A stretch of DNA of 64,000 bases from a virus. Lineage: Duplodnaviria > Heunggongvirae > Uroviricota > Caudoviricetes. A program made the position numbers and the translations under genes. Numbering within the stretch: position 1 is the first letter of the stretch; each line of letters begins with the position of its first letter. Below the pieces are notes generated by a model, which was not told the DNA's origin, searched no databases, and saw only the letters and a program-made list of their open reading frames with translations. Location: the IMG/VR virus record IMGVR_UViG_2687453508_000006, one strand, 5' to 3'. Shown here piece after piece: positions 50,781-61,215 of this stretch.

Positions 50781-50834
50781 GCCTCAAGCACCCGCAGCAA
50801 TTCTACTTAACTATCCTTTTCCCGCAAATCGTTT

Positions 50835-50918
50835 TTATCCCCAGCGGCAAATCGAATACACAACCAGCGCCACCGCCATCGCAATTCCTACCGTTGTGAA
50901 TGCTTCAGGCCAGGTCAT
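50835..50918 (-). CDS. possible 27-aa hydrophobic peptide coupled to upstream gene
   Basis: MTWPEAFTTVGIAMAVALVVYSICRWG; ATG overlaps stop of 50915-51400 gene (ATGA). Confidence 0.2.
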   Translation of the reverse strand: MTWPEAFTTVGIAMAVALVVYSICRWG

Positions 50919-51400
50919 CGTGAAACATCCTCCACGCTTATAAGTCCGCTTCGCTCCAGGTAGTCCATCACTTTATCCGGCAATTTGCAGCCCGGTTTCG
51001 CTTTCTTCAGTTGACTAACCAATTGTTTAACCAGCATTGTCAATTCGCGAACTTGTTTCCCGGGCTCCCCTTTGCCCTGAAGCAGGGCAGCGCGGCAAGC
51101 GTTCCATCCCTCAGCATATGTTTCAGTTACACCATCGAGATGGCATGTAAGCAAATCCATTTCTTCCGGCACTACGGGCGCTGGAAAAACGGCATAGGGT
51201 GGCGTCCATTTTGGCGCTTTATCTCCAGCCGAACGCTGCTACCAGTCATCCGGTTTGTATTCATAAAAATCACCAACTGGCTCTGCTTCCAGCGATGCCA
51301 GCGCAATCCGTGCCAGTTCCATTTGTTCACCACGGGTAAGCCCGTTTTCAACCGGATTTTTAATGAACAATTCAATACGTTCTTTGGTAATAGTGGTCAT
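50915..51400 (-). pseudogene. phage early-region gene interrupted by in-frame amber codon
   Basis: ATG at 51400 (MTTITKERIELFIKNP...YKPDDW) then TAG at 51239-51241, then same frame continues through ...EEMDLLTCHLDGVTETYAEGW... to 50915. Confidence 0.45.
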
Positions 51401-51410
51401 GTGTTACTCC

Positions 51411-51674
51411 TTAACCCGCAGTGCTTTCAACTGATGAGGGGAACAAAATCTTTTCATCAAACCCTGCATTCATATCATGAACAGCAACACACCAATCCAT
51501 CGACGAACGATTATCAAGAGCCTCCATGATTTCATCCATGCGGCGTAGGTCATACAGGTAAATGCTTTTATCGCCAATGGTGTAAAAGCCAATTTTTTTC
51601 GGTGATGGACAGCGATCAAGAACTTCCTGTAATTCGTTCAACCATGCCCGTTCTTTTTTTGTCAAAGTTGCCAT
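51411..51674 (-). CDS. hypothetical phage protein
   Basis: Start MATLTKKERAWLNELQEVLDRCPSPKK...; ORF-track start at 51764 is an extension. Confidence 0.4.
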   Translation of the reverse strand: MATLTKKERAWLNELQEVLDRCPSPKKIGFYTIGDKSIYLYDLRRMDEIMEALDNRSSMDWCVAVHDMNAGFDEKILFPSSVESTAG

Positions 51675-51925
51675 ATCAGTTTTCCTTATACGGATTAATT
51701 TTATTGTGCAGTGTGTTGAATGACGCCCATACCACGTCGTTATACAATTCAATAACTGGCTCAATTATTTTTCCGATTATCCAGACTAGGATTAACGGGG
51801 ATATCGGTATCATCAACACGATAAACAGAATGAGAAACAGAAATTCTGTTGTTCTACTCTTTCGCGGATATTTTTTCTAAATAATGTGACCATTCATTAC
51901 CGCCCTTTCGGGCGGCCTCCTGACA

Positions 51926-52138
51926 TTAATCGTTGTGATAACTCATAGCTTCATTTGCAGCATCAACTGGATCAACCTCCCTCCAGCAATAATTTGGGTC
52001 GGCTCCTTCAGGCGTCCACGGTTCTAATTCATTTTTTGCCGCATTCTCATCGCCAGTAATTTTAAAAATCTGCTCAGAGAATTTTCTTGCCCACTCGTTA
52101 TATTTTTCCGCATTAATGGCTTTCTGTGTATTTAACAT
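51926..52138 (-). CDS. hypothetical phage protein
   Basis: 70-aa ORF with upstream RBS-like sequence. Confidence 0.35.
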   Translation of the reverse strand: MLNTQKAINAEKYNEWARKFSEQIFKITGDENAAKNELEPWTPEGADPNYCWREVDPVDAANEAMSYHND

Positions 52139-52243
52139 AAATATACCTCCAGTTAAGGATTAAATTTTATTTACAGTGCTGAACTTAATTATTCAGATTT
52201 GGATTATGCTTTCTCTTCACGAAGTTCCGATTGTTAATTTGGC

Positions 52244-52666
52244 TCACAACAGCACCTTCTGAAAATTACCCTGATAGAAAGCCAGTACACGCTGCATAGC
52301 TTCGCTCTTCCGGCACTCGCTACAGATTATGTTCAGACGCCTGTCGTAGCGGCGTATTTCTCCGTCTGGTAATGACCAGATAAGATCCGGATCAACCACA
52401 ACCGGTTTCTTCACCTTTGCCCTTGATAGTTTTTTGCGGGCGTTTTGCCAGTCTTTACGCGCCTGCTCAGACGGGAATAATCCGTAGCCTGAATTGTAAA
52501 CATCACCACTGGCGACCAGTTCTCTGGCGAGAGTGCTTATGTAATACCTTGATGCACCGGTTTTAGCCTCCAGAGCCCGTAACGTCTCGCGACCGCTCAG
52601 ACGTACAAGTTCAACAACCTGCCCTTTAATTTTTTCCCGCTCTTCTGGTGTAAATACTTTTGCCAT
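52244..52666 (-). CDS. hypothetical phage protein
   Basis: Start MAKVFTPEEREKIKGQVVELVRLSGRETLRALEAKTGASRYYISTLARELV...; possible HTH-like segment. Confidence 0.4.
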   Translation of the reverse strand: MAKVFTPEEREKIKGQVVELVRLSGRETLRALEAKTGASRYYISTLARELVASGDVYNSGYGLFPSEQARKDWQNARKKLSRAKVKKPVVVDPDLIWSLPDGEIRRYDRRLNIICSECRKSEAMQRVLAFYQGNFQKVLL

Positions 52667-52681
52667 AGGTGCCTCCGGCAA

Positions 52682-53443
52682 TCACTTTTCCGACACAATA
52701 CGACTGGAGGAATCGAAAATCTGTCGAACAATATCCCGGTGCTTGTTCAGCTCCCGCAGCGCGGCGCAGACTCGCTCCCACTTCTGGACATGATTTTTCG
52801 CCCGACGCAGTTCGCGGTTTGCCATATGCAGCGATGGTAAAACCAGGTCATCCGCTCGCGTTTCAGTAAACGATGGCAGCGACTGCACAATGTCCGCCAC
52901 CGTTTCTGTTTTAATATCTTCCTGTGTTGCAGCCTCCTGTACTGGTAACGCAACACCTGTGGGCTGAGGAAAGGCCTTACCATCAGTTTCCGCTACCGAT
53001 GCTGCTTTCGGCTCTGCTGGTAAATTATCGCCCGGTATGCAGTAACGAAATTTACCGTTCTGGTTTACGCGAATCAGGCGTCCTTTGCTGATAGCCATTG
53101 CCAGCGTTGAAGCTACTTTGCGTGATGTGGTACCGAACAATGTAGCCAACTCATCCGCCGTTTGTGGGCCACGTTGTTCAATCGTCGCGGTTAAATCGCA
53201 CTCTGAGATTTTCGCTACTGTTGCCATGGTGGTTTCTTCCGGCAGCTCTGCCGGCGCTGGCTGTTCCTGCTGAACGTTGTTATCAGCCACGCGCCAGGTG
53301 TATACGCTTTTATCAACGAAGCCAGCCTTTTTCAGTTCCCACAGCTCGTTCAGCACTTCTTCTCGACTGATATCAAGTCGCGTAGCCAGTTCTACCGACG
53401 TGGCTTTTCCCATCGCTTTCAGTGCGTCAAAAACGGTCTCCAT
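52682..53443 (-). CDS. hypothetical phage protein with two winged-helix-like repeats
   Basis: Start [44 protein letters not shown]; second similar segment [30 protein letters not shown]. Confidence 0.45.
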   Translation of the reverse strand: METVFDALKAMGKATSVELATRLDISREEVLNELWELKKAGFVDKSVYTWRVADNNVQQEQPAPAELPEETTMATVAKISECDLTATIEQRGPQTADELATLFGTTSRKVASTLAMAISKGRLIRVNQNGKFRYCIPGDNLPAEPKAASVAETDGKAFPQPTGVALPVQEAATQEDIKTETVADIVQSLPSFTETRADDLVLPSLHMANRELRRAKNHVQKWERVCAALRELNKHRDIVRQIFDSSSRIVSEK

Positions 53444-53465
53444 TAAAATTTCCTCCCGGTAAAAA

Positions 53466-54212
53466 TTACTTCTCAATACCTGGCTGACCAACATTCGGGC
53501 GCCAGCTCTCCCAGTTAAAATTCACCCAGCGCCCGCCGTTCATGGTCATGCGATCCATAATCCGCTCGCCGAGCAATGTTTTCATGGCCTCATAGTTCAG
53601 GTTTGTCAGCATCCCCACGCTGCGCATTGACGCTGTCCGGCGATCAACAATCTGGTGCAGTACCACCTGCTCGTTTTTCGTCTCGCGCTGAATACCAATT
53701 TCATCAAGAACCAGCAGATCAACTTCGCACAGTTCCCGCAAAAATTTTTCGCCTGACTGCCCGTCGTCATAGCTGGCGTGCAGGGCGCTCATAACATCAG
53801 CCACGGTAACCACAATCACTGTCTGGCCATCTTTCAGCAGGCGATTCCCGATAGCCGCCGCCAGATGGTTTTTTCCGGTACCAGGTTTTCCGCTGAACGC
53901 GAAATTTGTGCATCCGGTAACCAGTTCGTCAGCGATAGATTTCGCCTGACTCAACGCGTATCGCTGGCCGTCGTTCTGCACCTGGTAATTCGCAAACGAG
54001 CATTTGCGGTGCAACGGCTGTATGCCGGAGCGATTCAGGATTTTTTCCACCCGCAACTGACGATTCTGACGGTTGATCTCCTCACAACGTTTCTGGCCTT
54101 CTGCAAGTTGCCACTCGCGCCACTCCGCCACCGTCCTGAATGGCGCGGTTACATGTGGCGGGGCCAGTCTGCGGATACGTTCCAGAACGCCGCCTGTCGC
54201 AATATTTTTCAT
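53466..54212 (-). CDS. ydaV: DnaC-like helicase loader / replication protein (IstB-type AAA+ ATPase)
   Basis: 248 aa; Walker [16 protein letters not shown], Walker B LLVLDEIG. Confidence 0.8.
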   Translation of the reverse strand: MKNIATGGVLERIRRLAPPHVTAPFRTVAEWREWQLAEGQKRCEEINRQNRQLRVEKILNRSGIQPLHRKCSFANYQVQNDGQRYALSQAKSIADELVTGCTNFAFSGKPGTGKNHLAAAIGNRLLKDGQTVIVVTVADVMSALHASYDDGQSGEKFLRELCEVDLLVLDEIGIQRETKNEQVVLHQIVDRRTASMRSVGMLTNLNYEAMKTLLGERIMDRMTMNGGRWVNFNWESWRPNVGQPGIEK

Positions 54213-54218
54213 GGTCTG

Positions 54219-55007
54219 TTACCCCCTGAAGCCTGGCGGGATCGCACTGTCCGGAAACGAGACGGTGTTAATCTGTCGGAGCAACGTCTCTGGCCGAACA
54301 CCTTTCGGCGCGAACAAGCCCTGGTATTCATTGGCGATGCTGTGTCGAATCACCTGCTCAGGTGAAAAACCCTGCTGGCGGAATTTTTCCAGCTCCCGTA
54401 TCGCCCCGTTAGCGCCCTGCTCCGTTCGAATCGGTTTTCGCAATGCCTGCCTGAACTGAACCCACTCATGCCAGAGTGTTTCCGGCAACCAGTCAGGCAG
54501 CTCGATAGCCTCCGGTTCGAATTTTTTAGACGCTCGTTTTTGGCGAGGGGGATTTAGGGGGAGATAAGTATTTATATCTTCCTCTTTCTCTTCCTCTGGT
54601 AACGCTTTTTGATCCGTTTTTGTAACGCTGGCAGCGTTACCTTTTCGTTTCAGTTCTCGTATTTTTGTTACTCTCTCGTTTGTAACCGCCCGTTTTTTAG
54701 AGCTTTTCCCGTTATGGCGCTCAAAGTTAGGAAGCGACAACACACCATTAGTTTCGACCAGCCATCCAACCTGAATTAACGCATCAGCAAAACCAGCCAT
54801 AAAAGTGATGCGATCTATTGCACTTTTTGTAACGCCGCGAGCGTTACACTCTGCGTTACCGTCTATCATTTGTTGATCCGCCCATGCCCAGAAGCGAATG
54901 ACTTTCCCTAATGCGGCATCTGGATCAATATTCAGAATCTCAGCAAGCCTGAATATTTCCGGCTTATCCGGCGTAATAACTTCGAGCTTTATCCAGTTTG
55001 AAGCCAT
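54219..55007 (-). CDS. ydaU: replication initiation protein (YdaU-like)
   Basis: 262 aa MASNWIKLEVITPDKPEIFRLAEILNID...; upstream of DnaC-like gene as in Rac. Confidence 0.55.
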   Translation of the reverse strand: MASNWIKLEVITPDKPEIFRLAEILNIDPDAALGKVIRFWAWADQQMIDGNAECNARGVTKSAIDRITFMAGFADALIQVGWLVETNGVLSLPNFERHNGKSSKKRAVTNERVTKIRELKRKGNAASVTKTDQKALPEEEKEEDINTYLPLNPPRQKRASKKFEPEAIELPDWLPETLWHEWVQFRQALRKPIRTEQGANGAIRELEKFRQQGFSPEQVIRHSIANEYQGLFAPKGVRPETLLRQINTVSFPDSAIPPGFRG

Positions 55008-55084
55008 TTGTTTTCACCTTGTAACGCTCGCAGCGTTACATTTAACTGATACCGAACAAAACAGTTCGGTACGATTAATTTCAA

Positions 55085-55507
55085 TCAATGCACTACGACA
55101 GAATCGCTAGGAGAACCGCCGCCGCTGAAATGTGCTTTACGGTAAACGGCCTGGACTGCATCATCATGCGCATCAATTGCCGTACTCAGTGCATCCTGTG
55201 CCGCCAGTAATGCACGGCGTTCCAGGGTATCGAAGATGCAGAGTCGGTGACGCAGCTCGCGAGGAAGAATTGCCAGAACCGCAGGGATCAGTTTCTGAAT
55301 TTTTTCCCTTTGCGCATTCGTTTCACCTTTCAACCAACGATGATAGATATTCTGCTGATTGTTCCAGTCCTTGCCTGGTACCAGGGGCAATTCGCCGCCC
55401 CCCTGGCGCAGATATTCTTCAGTAATTGCGTTAGCGACCCACGCCTGCCCTTTTTCGGCTGCCAGGGCTAACAACACTGATTCGATGTGCTCATGCTTGA
55501 TTTTCAT
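55085..55507 (-). CDS. ydaT: YdaT-like early regulator
   Basis: 140 aa MKIKHEHIESVLLALAAEKGQAWVANAITEEYLRQGGGELPL... Confidence 0.65.
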   Translation of the reverse strand: MKIKHEHIESVLLALAAEKGQAWVANAITEEYLRQGGGELPLVPGKDWNNQQNIYHRWLKGETNAQREKIQKLIPAVLAILPRELRHRLCIFDTLERRALLAAQDALSTAIDAHDDAVQAVYRKAHFSGGGSPSDSVVVH

Positions 55508-55758
55508 GAATCAACTCCCATCAGCTTTTTCGTAGTAGTTTTATTTCTGCCAATAGTTAAAATTGCATCGGCAGAAAATAATCCGTTTGATGCATGAGCG
55601 ATTTTTTCAGCGTAATTTGTTTCGCCGGTATATTCTGTGCGAGGCAATTTACCGTTATCCATCCATTTGTAGATTGCTCTTTGGCTGACACCACAAACGT
55701 CGGCCACAACAGAAACGCGAACAGTTTTGATTACATCTTCAAGTGTTTTCTGGTTCAT
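55504..55758 (-). CDS. ydaS: Cro-like HTH regulator YdaS
   Basis: Start MNQKTLEDVIKTVRVSVVADVCGVSQRAIYKWMDNGKLP at 55758; divergent from racR. Confidence 0.65.
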   Translation of the reverse strand: MNQKTLEDVIKTVRVSVVADVCGVSQRAIYKWMDNGKLPRTEYTGETNYAEKIAHASNGLFSADAILTIGRNKTTTKKLMGVDS

Positions 55759-55837
55759 ATCACCCTCACAATGTGAACTTTGAGTACATGCTATAACAGA
55801 ACTGACAGTACATTCAAGAGCGAATATCATTGAACTT
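55759..55837. promoter_or_regulatory. divergent racR/ydaS control region with repeat elements
   Basis: 80-bp intergenic with near-palindrome TCACAATGTGA and direct repeats AGTACAT x2. Confidence 0.4.
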
Positions 55838-56257
55838 ATGGTTCATGAAGATAAAGCGCGTAAAGAGTTCGCCAGTAGGCTTGCGCTAGCCTGTGAAAAC
55901 GCTGGTTATGAACAACATGGAAGGCAGGCAGAAATTGCCCGTCGAATGAAATTAACACCAAAAGCGGTTAGCAAATGGTTTAATGGTGAAACAATTCCTC
56001 GCCGAGAGAAATTAAGGGAATTAGCAACACTCATTGGAACAACACCAACCTATCTTTTGGGAGAGGATACAGAAGAAAGTGGACAGATACGTTTCTATCA
56101 GGAGTTAAATCCAAGACAAAAAATCATCATTGACCTTCTGGACGAGCTCCCTGACAGTGAGACAGATGAACTTTTAAAAACTCTTGAGGAGAAAAAACAG
56201 AAGTACAATGCAATTTACGAAGAGTTAGCACGAAAGAAAAAACAAAAAGCCTCTTAA
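55838..56257 (+). CDS. racR: prophage repressor RacR-like (XRE-type HTH)
   Basis: 139 aa MVHEDKARKEFASRLALACENAGYEQHGRQAEIARRMKLTPKAVSKWFNGE... Confidence 0.7.
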   Translation: MVHEDKARKEFASRLALACENAGYEQHGRQAEIARRMKLTPKAVSKWFNGETIPRREKLRELATLIGTTPTYLLGEDTEESGQIRFYQELNPRQKIIIDLLDELPDSETDELLKTLEEKKQKYNAIYEELARKKKQKAS

Positions 56258-56544
56258 ACCAGCATAAATCCGGTAGCGTCCCCCTCCGGGTTTGTGCTTC
56301 ACTTTATCCCGTCTCATTTTTTTATACATAAAATGTACTTAAAGTACTTTACAATGATGAACACAAAGTACATTATATACCTACCAACCCACCCCGCCCC
56401 ACAGAACGCCGGGCAATACTTCGAGTTACCAGGCAGTGGTCAGGGGTTAAGTAGCCAGCCCGAGGCGTATGAACATGACGGCGGGATTCAAATTTTGCAG
56501 TGCAGCAGTTAGTTCCGCCACCCGGCGTTAAGGGGATAGATAAG

Positions 56545-56679
56545 ATGGTGCATTACGAAGTAGTTCAGTATTTGATGGATTGTTGCGGTATCACTTACAA
56601 CCAGGCTGTGCAGGCTTTACGCAGCAACGACTGGGATCTCTGGCAGGCAGAAGTCGCTATACGTAGCAACAAGATGTGA
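56545..56679 (+). CDS. small Rac-type early protein (44 aa)
   Basis: MVHYEVVQYLMDCCGITYNQAVQALRSNDWDLWQAEVAIRSNKM. Confidence 0.35.
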   Translation: MVHYEVVQYLMDCCGITYNQAVQALRSNDWDLWQAEVAIRSNKM

Positions 56680-56689
56680 GATTCGCAAA

Positions 56690-56845
56690 ATGCAAAAAAT
56701 CGACCTCGGCAACAACGAATCCCTGGTGTGCGGCGTGTTCCCCAACCAGGATGGAACGTTCACTGCCATGACGTATACCAAAAGCAAAACATTTAAAACC
56801 GAAACTGGTGCGCGCCGATGGTTGGAGAAGCACACAGTAAGCTAA
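56690..56845 (+). CDS. small Rac-type early protein (51 aa)
   Basis: MQKIDLGNNESLVCGVFPNQDGTFTAMTYTKSKTFKTETGARRWLEKHTVS. Confidence 0.35.
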   Translation: MQKIDLGNNESLVCGVFPNQDGTFTAMTYTKSKTFKTETGARRWLEKHTVS

Positions 56846-57330
56846 CGATTAAAACGTCTACTCCTGCTGTTCCAGAATAACTTCATAAAATGGGAGTATT
56901 TTTCGGTGACGAGATAATAAGAACAGTTTGCGCTATCACTCTGATGTTGAATGATGCCCTTCCGTTCTAATTTTTTCATAACCGGGTTACGGCAAGGAGA
57001 AGTGATAATAAGATTTCCTGTTTTAAGGAAATCTTTAAATACAGCGATTTCTTTCTCAGATAAACGAAGCAATACTCGTTGCTCTGGTAGTAATGAATAA
57101 TGCTTTTGAATATGTGCTCGCAATCTTGAGAAGGAAATGGCGACCACGAAAGAAAAGGCAAAAACGATAATCTGAAAGAGCCAAGGTATTTCAGTATAAG
57201 CATTGAATGCGACAGTAAACTCTTTCGGTATCAGCCAGAGAGTGAGACCAAAAATGATAATCGTATACATAAGTCTTTCGAGTGGCTCGTTAGCAAAAAG
57301 TTTCAACAATGGAGTAAATACATCCAACAT
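56842..57330 (-). CDS. sieB: superinfection exclusion protein B
   Basis: Start MLDVFTPLLKLFANEPLERLMYTIIIFGLTLWLIPKEF... at 57330; two TM helices. Confidence 0.8.
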   Translation of the reverse strand: MLDVFTPLLKLFANEPLERLMYTIIIFGLTLWLIPKEFTVAFNAYTEIPWLFQIIVFAFSFVVAISFSRLRAHIQKHYSLLPEQRVLLRLSEKEIAVFKDFLKTGNLIITSPCRNPVMKKLERKGIIQHQSDSANCSYYLVTEKYSHFMKLFWNSRSRRFNR

Positions 57331-57771
57331 ATCAATAACTCTCAACTGTAAGGGTATTGAAATGTTAACACAAGCTCTCGCTGTAGGGGTATAGCCGAGA
57401 CCACCGAAGCCCGGAGGTGGTGAAATAAAACCGGGCACAACACGAAGGCGCATTTCCGATATCCATAAAGAGTCGGTCTTGTCTGTTAAATTTAAATGGT
57501 GGGAGTGCGCCTCCGGTTGTAAATAACGACATTGCTGTGTGTAGTCCTGGCGGCATCAGTTTTTTTCTTGAAGTTCGGCTGATGTCCGCCCTTTTTAAAG
57601 TGAATTTTGTGATGCGGTGAATGCGGCTAAGCGCACGTGGCACAGTTAAAAGTCATGTTAGTCCTTATTGGTTTGGGTGGGAAAGCCGACTGTAATTGTT
57701 AACTGGTTGCAGTCACCTGGAGGCACCAGGCACCGCATCAACAAAGTTCATTTGTAAAAATGGAGATAATT

Positions 57772-57993
57772 ATGATTGCACATCACTTCGGAACTGATGA
57801 AATACCACGTCAGTGTGTGACTCCTGGCGATTATGTTCTTCATGAAGGCCGGACATATATTGCCTCGGCAAACAATATTAAAAAGCGAAAACTATATATT
57901 CGTAACCTGACCACAAAAACATGCATTACTGACCGCATGATTAAAGTCTTCCTCGGTCGTGATGGTTTACCTGTAAAGGCGGAGTCATGGTGA
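57772..57993 (+). CDS. kilR: KilR-type cell-division inhibitor
   Basis: [73 protein letters not shown]; alternative start 57760. Confidence 0.75.
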   Translation: MIAHHFGTDEIPRQCVTPGDYVLHEGRTYIASANNIKKRKLYIRNLTTKTCITDRMIKVFLGRDGLPVKAESW

Positions 57994-58163
57994 TGACTAA
58001 GAAAATAAAATGTGCTTACCACCTTTGCAAAAAAGACGTTGAAGAAAGCAAAGCTATTGAAAGAATGCTTCACTTCATGCACGGGATTTTATCAAAAGAC
58101 GAACCGAGAAAATATTGCAGTGAAGCTTGTGCCGAAAAAGACCAGATGGCACATGAACTTTAA
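57993..58163 (+). CDS. ydaE: small Cys-rich (zinc-binding) protein YdaE-like
   Basis: 56 aa [56 protein letters not shown]; start overlaps kilR stop. Confidence 0.6.
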   Translation: MTKKIKCAYHLCKKDVEESKAIERMLHFMHGILSKDEPRKYCSEACAEKDQMAHEL

Positions 58164-58237
58164 TTAATTGACTATTCGAAACTGAATTTATGCCAGAAAT
58201 GGCAGGTATTCGCTCAACCTTAATTAAGGAGAAAAAC

Positions 58238-58513
58238 ATGATTACCAATTATGAAGCCACTGTTGTAACTACCGATGACATTGTTCACGAGGTGAATCTG
58301 GAAGGAAAGCGCATTGGCTACGTAATTAAAACAGAAAATAAAGAAACCCCATTCACTGTGGTTGATATCGATGGTCCATCAGGCAACGTAAAAACACTTG
58401 ATGAAGGTGTCAAAAAAATGTGCCTGGTGCATATCGGAAAGAATCTGCCCACAGAAAAAAAAGCCGAATTTCTGGCAACTCTAATTGCAATGAAATTAAA
58501 AGGTGAAATCTGA
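58238..58513 (+). CDS. racC: RacC-like protein
   Basis: 91 aa from MITNYEATVVTTDDIVHEVNLEGKRIGYVIK...; immediately upstream of recE. Confidence 0.6.
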   Translation: MITNYEATVVTTDDIVHEVNLEGKRIGYVIKTENKETPFTVVDIDGPSGNVKTLDEGVKKMCLVHIGKNLPTEKKAEFLATLIAMKLKGEI

Positions 58514-58614
58514 AAGAAATAGCCTGCGTATGGCGCAGGCTATGAACAGTGTGTATCCGGCAAGATCATTCACTGAACAAAACGAATTTTAATCTGAGTT
58601 GAGGTTAAAAAACA

Positions 58615-61215
58615 ATGAGCACAAAACCACTCTTCCTGTTACGGAAAGCGAAAAAATCATCCGGTGAACCTGACGTCGTCCTGTGGGCAAGCAACGATTT
58701 TGAATCGACCTGTGCCACTCTGGACTACCTGATCGTTAAGTCAGGTAAAAAACTGAGCAGCTATTTTAAAGCTGTTGCCACGAATTTTCCTGTCGTTAAT
58801 GACCTGCCCGCTGAAGGTGAGATCGATTTTACCTGGAGTGAACGCTATCAACTCAGCAAAGACTCCATGACATGGGAACTAAAACCGGGAGCAGCACCAG
58901 ACAACGCTCACTATCAAGGCAATACCAACGTCAACGGCGAAGACATGACTGAGATTGAGGAGAATATGCTACTCCCAATTTCTGGCCAGGAACTGCCCAT
59001 TCGTTGGCTTGCTCAACACGGCAGCGAAAAACCGGTAACGCACGTTTCACGCGACGGACTCCAGGCATTACACATTGCTCGGGCTGAAGAACTACCGGCT
59101 GTTACTGCCCTGGCTGTTTCCCACAAAACCAGCCTGCTCGACCCGCTGGAAATTCGCGAACTCCACAAACTGGTTCGTGACACTGACAAAGTTTTCCCTA
59201 ATCCTGGTAATTCAAACCTGGGACTGATAACTGCTTTTTTCGAAGCATACCTGAACGCTGACTACACCGATCGAGGACTGCTGACAAAAGAGTGGATGAA
59301 GGGTAATCGTGTTTCACACATCACTCGCACGGCTTCCGGTGCTAATGCTGGCGGCGGAAACCTCACCGATCGCGGCGAAGGTTTCGTACACGATCTGACG
59401 TCACTGGCGCGCGACGTAGCCACTGGCGTACTGGCCCGTTCAATGGATCTGGACATCTATAACCTTCATCCGGCACACGCTAAACGCATTGAGGAAATTA
59501 TCGCTGAAAATAAACCGCCCTTTTCTGTTTTCCGCGACAAATTCATCACCATGCCTGGCGGGCTGGATTATTCCCGCGCCATCGTGGTTGCGTCCGTAAA
59601 AGAAGCACCAATTGGGATCGAGGTCATCCCCGCGCACGTCACTGAATATCTGAACAAAGTACTGACTGAAACCGATCATGCCAACCCTGATCCGGAAATC
59701 GTGGATATTGCCTGCGGTCGCTCCTCTGCCCCGATGCCGCAGCGAGTAACAGAAGAAGGAAAACAGGATGATGAAGAAAAACCGCAACCATCTGGAACAA
59801 CGGCAGTTGAACAGGGAGAGGCTGAAACAATGGAACCGGACGCAACTGAACATCATCAGGACACGCAGCCGCTGGATGCTCAGTCACAGGTAAATTCTGT
59901 TGATGCGAAATATCAGGAACTGCGGGCAGAACTCCATGAAGCCCGGAAAAACATTCCATCAAAAAATCCTGTCGATGCCGATAAATTGCTTGCTGCATCA
60001 CGTGGTGAATTTGTTGACGGAATTAGCGACCCGAACGATCCGAAATGGGTAAAGGGGATCCAGACTCGCGATTGTGTGTACCAGAACCAGCCAGAAACGG
60101 AAAAAACCAGCCCGGATATGAATCAACCTGAGCCAGTAGTGCAACAGGAACCGGAAATAGCCTGCAATGCCTGCGGCCAGACTGGCGGGGATAACTGCCC
60201 TGACTGTGGTGCGGTGATGGGCGACGCAACATACCAGGAAACATTCGATGAAGAGAGTCAGGTTGAAGCTAAGGAAAATGATCCGGAGGAAATGGAAGGC
60301 GCTGAACATCCGCACAATGAGAATGCTGGCAGCGATCCGCATCGCGATTGCAGTGATGAAACTGGCGAAGTCGCAGATCCCGTAATCGTAGAAGACATAG
60401 AGCCAGGTATTTATTACGGAATTTCGAATGAGAATTACCACGCGGGTCCCGGTGTCAGTAAGTCTCAGCTCGATGACATTGCTGATACTCCGGCACTGTA
60501 TTTGTGGCGTAAAAATGCCCCCGTGGACACCACAAAGACAAAAACGCTCGATTTAGGAACCGCTTTCCACTGCCGGGTACTTGAGCCGGAAGAATTCAGT
60601 AACCGCTTTATCGTAGCACCTGAATTTAACCGCCGGACAAACTCCGGAAAAGAAGAAGAGAAAGCGTTTCTGAGGGAATGCGCAAGCACAGGAAAAACGG
60701 TTATCACTGCCGAAGAAGGCCGGAAAATTGAACTCATGTATCAGAGCGTTATGGCTTTGCCGCTGGGGCAATGGCTTGTTGAAAGCGCCGGACACGCTGA
60801 ATCATCAATTTACTGGGAAGATCCTGAAACAGCAATTTTGTGTCGGTGCCGTCCGGACAAAATTATCCCTGAATTTCACTGGATCATGGACGTGAAAACT
60901 ACGGCGGATATTCAACGATTCAAAACCGCTTATTACGACTACCGCTATCACGTTCAGGATGCATTCTACAGTGACGGTTATGAAGCACAGTTTGGAGTGC
61001 AGCCAACTTTCGTTTTTCTGGTTGCCAGCACAACTATTGAATGCGGACGTTATCCGGTTGAAATTTTCATGATGGGCGAAGAAGCAAAACTGGCAGGTCA
61101 GCTGGAATATCACCGCAATCTGCGAACCCTGGCTGACTGCCTCAATACCGATGAATGGCCAGCTATTAAGACGTTATCACTGCCCCGCTGGGCTAAGGAA
61201 TATGCAAATGACTAA
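58615..61215 (+). CDS. recE: exodeoxyribonuclease VIII RecE
   Basis: 866 aa; acidic N-terminal region and C-terminal exonuclease domain (...[38 protein letters not shown]...). Confidence 0.9.
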   Translation: MSTKPLFLLRKAKKSSGEPDVVLWASNDFESTCATLDYLIVKSGKKLSSYFKAVATNFPVVNDLPAEGEIDFTWSERYQLSKDSMTWELKPGAAPDNAHYQGNTNVNGEDMTEIEENMLLPISGQELPIRWLAQHGSEKPVTHVSRDGLQALHIARAEELPAVTALAVSHKTSLLDPLEIRELHKLVRDTDKVFPNPGNSNLGLITAFFEAYLNADYTDRGLLTKEWMKGNRVSHITRTASGANAGGGNLTDRGEGFVHDLTSLARDVATGVLARSMDLDIYNLHPAHAKRIEEIIAENKPPFSVFRDKFITMPGGLDYSRAIVVASVKEAPIGIEVIPAHVTEYLNKVLTETDHANPDPEIVDIACGRSSAPMPQRVTEEGKQDDEEKPQPSGTTAVEQGEAETMEPDATEHHQDTQPLDAQSQVNSVDAKYQELRAELHEARKNIPSKNPVDADKLLAASRGEFVDGISDPNDPKWVKGIQTRDCVYQNQPETEKTSPDMNQPEPVVQQEPEIACNACGQTGGDNCPDCGAVMGDATYQETFDEESQVEAKENDPEEMEGAEHPHNENAGSDPHRDCSDETGEVADPVIVEDIEPGIYYGISNENYHAGPGVSKSQLDDIADTPALYLWRKNAPVDTTKTKTLDLGTAFHCRVLEPEEFSNRFIVAPEFNRRTNSGKEEEKAFLRECASTGKTVITAEEGRKIELMYQSVMALPLGQWLVESAGHAESSIYWEDPETAILCRCRPDKIIPEFHWIMDVKTTADIQRFKTAYYDYRYHVQDAFYSDGYEAQFGVQPTFVFLVASTTIECGRYPVEIFMMGEEAKLAGQLEYHRNLRTLADCLNTDEWPAIKTLSLPRWAKEYAND

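Noticed and set aside
57365-57643. 92-aa ORF in the sieB-kilR intergenic region
   Set aside because: No RBS or homology; the region looks like structured regulatory DNA rather than coding sequence.
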